Assembly (NCBI GenBank): GCA_965235115.1
Contig: OZ249436.1
Span: 35,652,001-35,716,000 of the forward strand
Direction of reading: 5' to 3'
DNA from: Laetmonice hystrix
Taxonomy: Eukaryota
Length of the DNA stretch: 64,000 bases
Under the pieces are notes generated by a model. It did no database searches and was not told the DNA's origin. It saw nothing but the letters and a program-made list of their open reading frames with translations. The position numbers and the translations under genes were made by a program. Below, one piece after another: positions 26,201 to 37,902 of the stretch; within the stretch, counting starts at the first letter, position 1, and every line of letters begins with the position of its first letter.

Positions 26201-27603
26201 GTTAAATACAACAGAGTTTCAGTTTACCTAAATGTAAAATATGATTTACAGTTCATCGGTTGCAGCATCATTGTTCACTATGGGTTTAACCCCTTAAGGA
26301 TGGGTGATGCCTTGAGGCATTCCCGGGCAGTGGTCGAGGCATTTCTAGGCTGGGACCGCATGATGTGCGTCAGAGCCCATTGTGTATAGAGCGCTAGCGC
26401 AGTGCCGTGACGTAACGTCACAATTGAGTGCTCAAATCCCTACTTTTGTCTAAAATATGGATAATTTTTCTGGAGATGACAGTGATTGGGACCATGTGAG
26501 GCAATCCGTTATCACATGTGGCCTGCCAGAATGCCCCTGCCCACATGCACTCAATTGTTATGTCATCACTAGTGCACGACGGCAATGGGCCCGTCTCGAA
26601 AGGGTTACTTAAAAACAATTTTCAGTGTGTGGCCCCAGATCTCAGCACGAGGACCTTGACGTGTTGTTCCTTCTCATTCCTTGTGCTGTGATCTGGGGCC
26701 CTGCCCTTTTTGCCCCAAATTTTCCAGGAAATGACCCAGCTGTCGTCACACCCCTCGAAGAACAGGGCTGCCAAGTCTCCCGCATTTGGCGGATGACACC
26801 AGCATTTAAACCCAATCACTCGCTCACCCGCCCGCAGGTCACTTCTCGGCAAAAAATCACCTGCATCATTGCACCATTTTATGGTAAATTTTAAAAATTT
26901 TTCCAGGGGAGCATGCCCCCGGGCCCCCATAGCATTGCTTTTCACGCCGTTGGCGCTCGCCATCACCCACAAGCCTTTCACAAAAACTTGGCAGCCCTGA
27001 AAGAAGCAGTTCAGTCATTAACATACAATTCATACAACATAACATACAATTACAAACATAGCTTCACTAATTATAGGCCTACACGGCTATAGCATAGCCT
27101 AGATCTACTCATTTTTAATTAATTTTAACACTGACGGCGTGTCTTAGAGAAACCCCGAGCAATTATGTTGGCCTATACCTCTAAAACTCTCATTCAAGAG
27201 CATGAGCTTTAATTACTAGATCTCTATGAGTAATGCAAACAATCATGAATTGCTTTTCTGTGCCCCCCTTTTGCTTTAGTGAAACCTGGATCCGCCAGTG
27301 ACATATCTACATACTCGATACTGTGATACATAAGTTGATCAATCTAGATCTACAGCATCAATTTCAGTTACTAATACTATTTTGGCGCTACACCGGGCCT
27401 CACCTGTCAGGTCCGCAAATAGGAGTCTGTGAAGGTTGCCGGCTGAGAGTGCCAATAGGACTAGGAGGGACCTCACCCCCGGCGTTAGTCGAGATCCACG
27501 ATGTTGTTTTCATCGACGTCGGAGCCGAGAGTGCGCCATTTTTTCTAGGGCTGGGCGTGTCACGGAGTATTGGTTTTATATTACTGCTTGTCCCTGATCC
27601 CAT
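22323..27603 (-). CDS. CCDC192: Coiled-coil protein, CCDC192-like (~552 aa, 5 coding exons)
   Basis: Exons 27404-27603, 26010-26166, 25191-25385, 24754-24886, 22323-23296, GT-AG and phase-consistent (1659 nt). Starts MGSGTS. Segments TVAAKDQYIQKLEKE, KTKYKKKLRHVHSQLA and DRTALVLELSGRVSEQENRIVDLEMKL resemble recalled vertebrate CCDC192. The gene is well supported; the symbol needs BLAST. The stop overlaps a possible donor (ag|gtaact). Confidence 0.75.
24564..24672. mobile_element. Kolobok-like MITE family A fragment
   Basis: reverse-oriented end of the family A sequence after TTAA. Confidence 0.7.
24754..24886 (-). CDS. CCDC192-like coding exon 4
   Basis: atag| acceptor, g|gtgaga donor; KTKYKKKLRH...EENDTLI. 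Confidence 0.8.
25191..25385 (-). CDS. CCDC192-like coding exon 3 (coiled coil)
   Basis: aag| acceptor, |gtattt donor, heptad-rich. Confidence 0.8.
26010..26166 (-). CDS. CCDC192-like coding exon 2
   Basis: cacag| acceptor, cag|gtaaac donor. Confidence 0.8.
26763..26999. mobile_element. hAT-like MITE
   Basis: CAGGGCTGCCAAGT / ACTTGGCAGCCCTG; imperfect 6-bp flank duplication GAAGAA/AAAGAA. Confidence 0.65.
27404..27603 (-). CDS. CCDC192-like coding exon 1
   Basis: ATG at 27603, ag|gtgagg donor, phase 2. Confidence 0.75.
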
Positions 27604-27699
27604 AATAATTTACTGCACACAGAATCCCTAAAAACCGTTTAAGTTACCACAGAACGCATTATTTACTTCGAGGACGACAGCTATCGGGCACCTGCCGGA

Positions 27700-27745
27700 A
27701 TCATGGTATGGCGTCCATGACGTCATGGCAACCAAACAACTTCCG
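27700..27745 (-). promoter_or_regulatory. Candidate CCDC192-like promoter motifs: CRE palindrome overlapping an RFX X-box half-site, plus ETS site
   Basis: TGACGTCA 27718-27725, CATGGCAAC 27724-27732, ACTTCCG nearby; CpG-rich; putative 79-nt 5'UTR intron 27613-27691. Confidence 0.4.
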
Positions 27746-28100
27746 TTCCTTCAGCGGCGAAGGTGCGGCGAAGGTAGGCCTAGACCTCTTTGGGTAGACT
27801 CGACGAGTAGCGGCGAGCGACCTCTAGCGAGAAAAAGGGTCTGGTGATCGAGACTACGGCGAAGGGTGCCTTCAGATGATGCCTTCTAGCTCAAACCTTC
27901 TTGTTTATTTAGAAGATAAAAGACACATGTAAGAAAGTATATCTATAAAATATGTAACACTAAATAATGTTTGTAACCATTAAATTAATATAAAACAAAA
28001 CATCACGACTTCCGGGATGTCTACGAAAACGTCAGGTGGCGCCACCGGACCAGCGTTTGGGTTGTGGACTTGGAAAGTTCTGTGTCCCCGACTCCATTAA

Positions 28101-28510
28101 AGGGGCATGCCATAAAACACGTTTTTGAGGATTGCCGGCAATTATCCAACGTGACCGTGTACTAGGGATCCTAGTAAATAATCCTACCACAGCATTTTGT
28201 CCTCGGACGTGTTTTCGCTGCGTACGCAGCACAAGTAGGTTCTATACGACCAAACCTCGATAGATTTCTCCCGATAGCACATCTCCCGCCATAATTTGGT
28301 AGACAACCTCCCATCAACCCGTGTAATTGCATACTGTGTCACATCCTGTGTGTGAACTCTCTGCATGTGCTTAGTCACGTGCTTTGCTTAGTTGTAAACA
28401 ATTCAGCAGTGGCACTTGAACGCCCGGCATCAGAATGCCACCCAAAAAATATTTTACGAAATCGGCAGAGAAGCGGGTAAGGGAGCTTAATAAACTTCAA
28501 TTTCTCACGT
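28101..28510. mobile_element. Kolobok-like MITE family A, truncated copy
   Basis: homologous to the first ~400 bp of 20746-21264, begins after TTAA. Confidence 0.8.
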
Positions 28511-29701
28511 AAACACGTATTGTTTAACATAAATAGGCCTAGAGGCCTAGGTTATGATAGACTCTAGGCCTATTTAGAAAAAACGATCTGGCGAATAATA
28601 AAGATAGGCCTAGATGACCTTTCTTATGTAGGCCCTATAGGCCTACCTATAGATCTAGGCCTAGGCCTATACTTATAGCCTAGCCTACACACCATCGACA
28701 TCAGTTCGGTTTTCCTCGTTTTTGTTTTTTCACCGTGAGCAGGGTGAGCTGAGCTGAGCAAGGTTGAGCCACACTTGAAATGCTATGCCACATGCAAACA
28801 TCGTAGGCTACGTGGTACAGGGAGGGCAGACCTGGCTAAAGTTCTGCATGACCGTAGGCCTATACAAGAACGTAGGCCTACTGGTTAAATAGGACTTCTC
28901 GAGATTAACCCAATCCGTGGATTTAGGCTACACCTATTCCCAGTCGGCAGAACGTCCGAATTTTCTAGTCCTTTCTCCTTTTTGGAGAATGGCCCTTATT
29001 CCGCTGGCCAAGCACAGAACATGACTACTAGGCCTACAATCTAGGCTAGACAGGCCGGTAGCCAGCCTTCCAGGTGGGGGGGGGGGGGGTCTGGACTTCG
29101 ATGGGCGGAACAAGGTAGGGCCTAGGCCCTATGGTTGGGCAGTCTAGGACAGGGCCATAGCTAGAAATTTCTGAGTTGGGGGGGGGGGCAGTCATGGGTG
29201 GATCTAGGAGAAGGCGAAGGCTCCAAGACATTAGCGGGGGGTCTGGGGGCCCTCCCCCAGAAAAAATTGGAAATTACAGGGCCAAATACGCGTTTTCCTG
29301 GCATCTGGAAAATAAATCCAAGGTTTTCCAGAGCCTATCCAGCACTAAAGGGTGAAACAAAATCTTAGGGATGGGCAACTGGGGGGGGGGGGGGGGGTAA
29401 GTTAAACCATTCTTGGGATTAACTTGCATACGGCCATAATATTAAATGTGCATTCATCAAATGTTATTGGGTCTTCTCAAAACTTCAAAATAGGCCTATC
29501 GGGGCACCTTGTTTTACCAGTAGGCCTATAACTCCAGAATCACTAAAATATGATAAAATCTGGCGAACAGTCGCTATGACTAGGCACTCTAAAAGGTTTA
29601 TTTATTTCACAATTATTACAACTTAGTGAATCAATTTTACATTCACAGACAAATGTGTTCTTTCGTTTACAATGGGAGACTCTATCACAGATCTGTGACT
29701 T

Positions 29702-30020
29702 CCGCTTGGCGGCAGCACTATCGCCCCGGGCCACCTTTGCTACACATTAGTATGACCATAGACATGTTCTATGGTATGACCATAGATGACGTTAGATATG
29801 ACGAAATGCCAATCTGTAGAAGTTCCGTAGTGATATTTGTTATGAAATATTGTGGTGCGTTTATGAGCTCTTCAACATGTGGAGCCTATGGCGTTATTAG
29901 CCTATTTTTCATGACAAATAGTCTAAACGCATCCTGCCAGATTAGCATTTTGTTGTCCTATCTAACGTCATGCTAATGTGTCGCCAAGAAGACCGGGGCG
30001 ACAGTGCTGCCGCCACGTGG
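29702..30020. mobile_element. Unclassified MITE
   Basis: inverted ends GGCGGCAGCACT.TCGCCCCGG; no clear TSD. Confidence 0.5.
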
Positions 30021-32083
30021 GTATTCCATAGATGTGTTGTCACTACACATCTATGGTCATTCCCCATTGCGCATACCATCGCATGGGTCTCGAGACCCCC
30101 CATTTCCTTCCATAGAAGAAAGTCTTACATTTTAAGTGCTCGCCAGTGTTTCCCCTGAATAACTTTGTGTGTGTGTGTGTAGCCCATGAACGTGAACACA
30201 CTCATTATGACATTTATGTAGCCACTGGGGTGTGTTTCTCAGCCTGTCGTTAGCTTGTCGTATCTTTAACACCAATCGCACGACAGGGTAACGATGGTTG
30301 TGAAACGCACCCATTGGTAAAATTCAACACTCAAAAAATGACCTAAGTTTTCCTCTAAGGGCACCAGTAGGCCTACGTACTGCTGTAGCCTTTTTTCCAG
30401 CTTACTTTTCTTAATATGGAATGATAATCCGCTTGAGATTATTAACAGTAGGCCTAACCCCTACCATCAATTAAGAACATTATAAACAGTCTCCATCTTA
30501 CTGATATGCTTAAAGTTAAACCATTAATTCTCACCCTCGTTCCAAAGATAACATTTCATAGTGACCCCAAGGTGTTTAGACCATTAGGCCTACACTGTTG
30601 TATATTTAATGGACTATCATTTTTACAGTACACGGTTCACTTAGCGGTGTGACGAATAACGAGTAATGCTCTAAATTTTCCTGGCAACCTTGCACATAAA
30701 ATCTGCAATAATTAAAATTTAGAAAAAAAAGTAAAATTTCCTTTTTTTTCCATAAACGTACATACCCTATAAGTTTACAAAAACGACTCAAACTTTAGGC
30801 AAAAATTCATTCTTCATTCTCCTCTTTAACAGCTACACAAATCGGCCCTGCCCATTGGATCCCAATAGAACCCAATACATGTATCCCCAAAATATGTTGA
30901 AACAAAAACTACAAAACTGAACGGATAAATAAATGTATTTGGTCTAGTCTATTCAACAACAAAACCTTACCTTTTAGCTACAACAAATAATACTTATATT
31001 TTATATGCCGTTTTCTTCATGGGCCTACGTCTAGCAAATAATTCATACGTATCTCCGGTAAAAGACAAATAAATCGAGATACCCAATGTAGTTGGTGTCA
31101 GATACCAAAAAGTCTACAGCGTAAACGATATGCATCACCACCGGCGACGGTGTCAACACGATTCAAAATATTATCGGCACTTGGCGTCGTCGGCACCGTC
31201 ACCTCCCTAAGTTATCATGGCACCGTTATCATGGCACCGTCACCTCCCTAAGTTATCGCATCGTTAGATCCTGTGTTATGAAGGCCCATTTTCCATAAGT
31301 TATCACGCCTACCGTGGTCTAGCGGTGTATATAGTTCAATATTCAACATGTGCATTTATACATACGTGTATAATATTCTGTGTGTATATATAGCTATCCA
31401 TTTTCAGATCTTAGTCTGGTCCCAGCTTCACATGGCTGCATACTGTACTGATAGTTTAATTTGTATATAGTTCTGTGAATGTCAATAACACAAACTGTGT
31501 AAGGCAATACCAGGCAATAGCGAACTGCATGCTACTGGCACACATTCCGAGGCCTTGATCTCAGCTTCTGGACGCTGCCCGTTAGGTCAGGCATATCAGG
31601 GTAGTTTTAAGTCTGTTGCATACCTATATCACATGCGAAAACCTGTAACACAGACAGCGAGTTGTGACTCTTCATGGTAGATTTTTAAATATCAAAAACA
31701 GTGAACAAGGTTATCTGCCTGTCTCTCTTTTCTTAAACATCATCATTCACCCACTCTCTCATCTAGTAGGTAGAAAACAGTCTTCGACTCCTTCACCGTG
31801 TATCCACCAGTTTAAATGGCCAATCATACAAGCTTTGTACTGCAAACCCTAACTCGAAATTCCAAAGCGTTTTGAACACACCGGCATATAACACAAGACT
31901 TGCCATCGTTGCCCACACTATACTCTCATCCTCATTTAATCCACACAGGTGGATGCTCGAACATCAATTTGTTTTTAAAGTTCATATTACAAGCCTTACG
32001 TTTGCACACCGACCGTTATATCCTGTAATGGTTAAAACTATACCTTTAAAAACACGAATACCATGTAAACCCACGATTTTTAA

Positions 32084-32614
32084 AGGGGCATGCTATGAAA
32101 CACGTTTTTTTAGATTTCCGGCAATTATCCAACATGATCATGTACTAGGGATCCAAGCAAATAATCCTACCACAGCATTTTGTCCTCCGACGTGTTTTCG
32201 CTGCGTATGCAGCACAAGTAGATTCTATACGACCAAACCTATAGATTTCTCCCGATAGCACATCTCCCGCCATAATTTGCTATAGACAACCTCCCATCAA
32301 CCCGTGTAATTGCATACTGTGTCACATCCAGCGTCTGCACTCTCTGCATGTGATTAGTCACGTGCTTCGTTTAGTTGTGAACAATTCAGCAGTTGCACTC
32401 GATTGTCCGGCATCAGAATGCCACCCAAAAAATATTTTACGAAATCGGCAGAAAAGCGGGCAAGGGAGCTTCATAAACTTCGATTTGTCACGCAAAATGA
32501 AACTGATAACTGATGTCTTTGTTTACCAAGCAATATTAATGAAGAATCTCTTGATGAAAACAGCAAAAGTTCTTTGAAATACCGATTTCTCACGTTTCCT
32601 CATAATATGCCCCT
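32084..32614. mobile_element. Kolobok-like MITE family A, full copy
   Basis: TIRs and TTAA TSD intact. Confidence 0.85.
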
Positions 32615-33681
32615 TTAAGGCAGTGTTTAATATCATTTCATATATTCAGATCTATTAACGCAGCACCACTTCAAAGTACGTGTATAAGCTGGTGTTGGTT
32701 TGCCAGCAATGCCTGCCTAGAGATTCTTGGCTCTAATTTCCCTTATATATTGCGCCTTGCACTGAAAAAAATTATGGACACATATTGAGTCCATGTTTGT
32801 AAAGTTGTCAGCATGACACGCAATCTGTATACGAGTTTCCATGCCACACCACACCACACCACACTTGGCAGTGGATTGTTATCATTACACCGAGTGTCAA
32901 GCGTTCCACCCGATACCTACAAATTATCTCCACTCCTGCTGCTGCCAGTCTAATTACAATCAGAAAGCTTTTGGAGAAAATTCTGAGATAGAGACCGATA
33001 TGAGCGAATTGTTGACATCTACGTCCTATATTCTTAGCTTGAGATTAGAACGACCTGACATCATGTTACCGGCCAGCAGTCGTTGTAGAAGACCATTACA
33101 AACTGTATCTTAATAAGGCTTCGATCACAGCATTCTAATGTTTAACAGACTTGCAACATACCGTACTAGATTCTTGTCTTAGAATACACGCGATGGATGA
33201 AGTGTGGGGGGGGGGATCTGGAGTATTTTGTGCATTCATCAGATACCTTCCGTCCTTGTATCAGGTTAACTGACCACATTCGGCATACCGGTAACTCACT
33301 GATAACAGCAATAGGTGGCCATACTGCTAGAAATTACACATTTTCCATGACAACGCTATCGGTACGTGAGTTGTTCTAAACACATTCATTCTATTTCTCA
33401 TTCAAGTCATTTCAGCAAAAACAGAAGAGATATGTAGTTACTGCCAGAGAATTTGATTACCATGACGACAACTAATATGAAAAGATCGACTCTTGTTCCC
33501 ATATATTACAATACATTTGAAATGAAAACAAGAAAAAAATGGCACACTTTTAAAGTAAATTATCACATATGATTATGTTAATAAAGTATTTTTAGTTGGC
33601 ATTCTTGAGCACTGTTAAGGACGATTATACTTTTTCATTTTGCATAATGCAGTCATGCATATGTGTACATATAGCCATATA

Positions 33682-34524
33682 TCGGGTGGATAAAAAAACG
33701 CCCCGAAATTCAAACTTTAATATCTCAGAAACTATGCATTATAATTCAATCAAATTTCTCTTATCACTTCATGATATTATCTCTGGTATGTTAAAGTTTC
33801 AGCTCAATAGCTTTGTTATTAATCCCGTGGCGCTAAAAACAAAAATACTTGTCCAAAAGAGCAATGCCGGAATTAAGTCAAATAATATCATGCAGCTGCC
33901 AGGTGTCCAATTTGACACCTGTTTGATGCACCGCATTGTACCTTGGGTAAAAAAATTTCAATATTTAGTTTTTGCATGTTTCACAATATGTATAATGTTG
34001 TGGACCACTAGATATAATAAATTATGTGCTATTCCTAGTACTTCTAGAGAAAACCAGATGTTTAATGTGCCAAACCCTACAGAGAAACTGCAACATTAGG
34101 ACGATATGACTGTAACCGGAAGTTCAAGGGAAATCGTATCATTATCACATTTAGCAACACTTTCAGAACTTTGCGTCACTCCTTTCAATCAAGTGTCACA
34201 TGCCAAGTGTCGTCTTGGAAATGGGGTCAATGGGTCATGTAGTCTGGATGCATTGTAGATGATGCTGGACGTCCGATTGACCACCTACTCTAGTGTGAGA
34301 CCGGGGACTCTGGGTGCAATTACAAACCGCTTTAGCCCGGCATTGCGCTTTTGGACAATGATTTTTAGCACCACGGAATTAATATCCAAGCTATTGAGTT
34401 GTAACATCAACAACTAAGAGACAACATCATGAAGTGATATTAAGAAAAATTTCATTGAATTACAATCATTACTTCTTGAAATATTGAAGTTCGAAGTTCG
34501 GGGCGTTTTTTTTTATCCACCCGA
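33682..34524. mobile_element. Tc1/mariner-type MITE
   Basis: TIR TCGGGTGGATAAAAAAACGCCCCGAA in a TA-repeat context; longer degenerate arms. Confidence 0.7.
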
Positions 34525-35018
34525 ATATATAAAGAGGGTGGAATGCAGAGTGGCAAGTTCAAACAGCCTGTCTAGCATCCTCACGTGTTAATTTTCTACA
34601 CAATGATGTCCTATAAAATACCAAAGAAAAGCACCTCAGAAAATGATGTCCACTATCATAAAGCCGGAAAGATAAGTAAATAAATCTTAAATAAATCAAA
34701 AACTCAAACTTCCTAATTAATTTACTTCTCTTCCAACAACAAATTAATTGTTCTTATTTCTTTAACAGCAACATTTGTTTTACTATGACCTTTACAAAAT
34801 CGTGTGCATCCTCATGCTAATATGTACCATTTCAAGTGTTTTTAAAAATAAGAGCTGAAGATATTCTTCACAAAATGCATTATTTTTAAAAGCAGCTAAG
34901 CATGTTGGCACCATATATCACTTTTACAAAACTTGAAACATGACAAGTTGGAGAAACAATGTGTCCCAAATGACTTCTGTTTGCCGTGTCGGTGACTATC
35001 ACAAATACGGACGCCTTC

Positions 35019-35154
35019 CTAGGAGTAGTACGTGAGGACACTCTCTTGGTTACCTCGGAGCAGTAGGATGGGTGGCATGCCGCGGGTTAATGTCTCCAGC
35101 CAAGCCATGTATAGTCCAGCGGGACACAGGCCCTTCTTGGGCATCGGTAATGTC
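35019..35154 (-). CDS. SLC12A2: SLC12A2-like last coding exon (TLPMPKKG...YMAWLETL...[12 protein letters not shown])
   Basis: canonical NKCC C-terminus, TAG stop. Confidence 0.96.
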
Positions 35155-37867
35155 CTACCATGGAAAAAATAAAAACAGGCTACAGTAATGTGAACACTCA
35201 ACTTTTTTCTCCCCATTTTTTTTATAACCAAATACGACACAGGTATGTTCCGTCTATAACACGACACTCCATGAACCTTGATTTTGTAAGCATCACCAGA
35301 TCTAGTTTACATCCACATCACCAGATCTATTTTTACATCCACCATGACGGGCAGAATACGCCTTGTTATGAGGCTTCACTTACATGACGATCAGGCTAGC
35401 ATCCTTGGAATGAGTCATCATCAGTTCCCGCAGTCTTAGGTGCCGATTTGTCTGTTAATGATGATAACACTTCAGATGTAGTGCAGTGTTACCTGTACCC
35501 TTTACTGATCGGTCTCACACAGGATAAAAGTGATCTCACCTAGCTATAGCTTAAAGGGATATATCTGCAATGGTTTATTATCAAATCACTGTCCTTCATG
35601 TATTTAACATTTACGCCGAGCAGTAACCTTAGACTTCAGCTGCTGGTAATTACCTATCATGACATACTTCATTCAAATTAACATACGTACCTTATCTTTC
35701 TGAGAAATCAGATCATTGTCGCAAACCTTCCAGGGATGTGTTTCCTCCGTCTCTCCCTTCTGTCTCATCCAACTCTTTATCATGGCATCAAATTCTCGCT
35801 TACTGCAAGTGAACAATACATATCTTTCATAAAGGGCACCCGTAAGGTTCATACAAAACAACTTGTAAGTCATTGTCAACATATATATATAGTCTGAGAA
35901 TAGGTGGATTAATATGGTAACTGTTTCAGATATGGCACTGAATTCAGATTAATTTAATTGACAACAATTATGCATGGGTACATGTCCCCCCCCCCCCCCC
36001 CCCCCACCTTGTTTTCCTGCAGACGTTAGAGAAGAGTGAATAGGCGACGACTAACCTTTCACCACTAGGTTTCTTTCCAATATCGGGCAGAACGGTCATG
36101 GAGGAGTACTCTATACGGAACTTACTCAGCAGTGTGGCCATGCTGTAACACAAAACATAGTATATTATGAGTATATTATTATGAGGGAACTTACGAACTC
36201 ATCCTTAAAGGTGCTATTCGTCTCGCACAGAATGGCATTTCTCCTATCATACATTGTGCACATAGTACTAGAAAAAATTCCTACCGATACCATTGGCCTG
36301 ATAAACCTTCTATTAGTTTGTGTGCAGCATTTCAAACCTATCTCGGTGTGCACCGAGATAGAGCCATTTCCTATGGTGGGGCGTGTCAGGGTCTCCACAG
36401 GCCTTCTGAGAGAGCCCCATTTGTGCCGTTATCCATGAAAAATTTTGATTTCCTTTGTTGTGAATCTATTTCCATGATAGGTGGGATCACATAAACGTCA
36501 ACAAAATTAAAAATAAAAAAATTGAACTTTTTTTTCCACGAACAGCACCTTTAAAGATAAACCGGCGTCATGGGCCAAAAATTAACAACAATACCAAAGT
36601 GCTAATTTTCGGTGTATAGCATAGTCATAGTATACACTTTTAAAAAAAACATTAAAAATGATAGGTCACCGAACAAAAACCTGTCATTTTTTATGGTTTA
36701 TTTGAAAGCTTATACTATGACTATGCTATACACACAAAAAAATTCAACTTTGGTATTTGGTATTTTTTTAAAAAAACGCCAGTTTAATCCAATAGGAAAT
36801 ATTATTAGTACCGTTTTCTGCCACTAGATGTAGTGACCGTCCCACGCCGGTTTATCTTTAAAAGGACGAAAAATAAGGGGGGGGGGTGAAAGCTTACTGT
36901 CTCTGGTCCCTGTCTAGTTCGCCCTTCTTGGAGCCGGCAGTGAAGACTCGTAGTTTGCAGTTCTGCCAGTATGATTTAGTTGACAAGATGTATGGGATCA
37001 GCAGGGTAAGGCCTACAAGTAAACCCAGCATGAATATCAATGTTTGGAATCAGCAGGGTAAGGTCTACAAGTAAACCCAGCATGAATCTCAATGCTTGGG
37101 ATCAGCAGGGTAAGGTTTACAAGTAAACCCAGCATGAATCTCAATGTTTGGGATCAGCAGGGTAAGGCCTACAAGTAAACCCAGCATGAATCTCAATGTT
37201 TCTCATGTTGGCGGGTGATGCCGACTTCATGATACTATTTTTAAATCAATGATCTTACCGTATATTGAATATGGTAATATTTTTAATGGTACATGTAATG
37301 AAACATATAAACATAAGTTACAGGTTATACAAAATAGTGGGCTTAAAATTGCACTCAATAGAAATATTTTATGGAACACAGTAGATTTACATATTGAAGC
37401 TAAGCTACTTCCTTGCAAATATCGAAGATTAATCATGTTACAGAAAATTACTTTTAACGAATTTATTGACAATACAGCATTAGTGGATCAAAGGGAAGTG
37501 GTAACCAGAGCTCATGATGGTATACTACTCCAGGTGCCTAAACCTCATAGCGAACTCTTTAAAAAATCAAATTGCTACTATAAATCAATAATATGGAATA
37601 ATCTACCTGTTTATATTAGACTTATCACTAACATTGACGAATTTAAATCAGAAATTAAGAAATATTATATCAGGATGTTCTTCATGGATAATAATCGGGA
37701 TAGCCATCATTGGTAATAAGTGAAAAGATGTGACAATGTATTTGCACTATTTATACTGTTATGATTAAATGAATCACTGGATCTGTACAAAATTATGTAA
37801 CATAGGGCAGGGACCTGCATTTGTGACGGCAATTAGTCGAGCAGGACTCCCTGGGTAAATATGATCA

Positions 37868-37902
<35 letters not shown>

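Noticed and set aside
31500..33200. Coding-looking stretch around the MITE at 32084
   Set aside because: No consistent frame or recognisable domain by eye.
33596..34099. 167-aa ORF
   Set aside because: Crosses a MITE boundary; no transposase or other recognisable motif.
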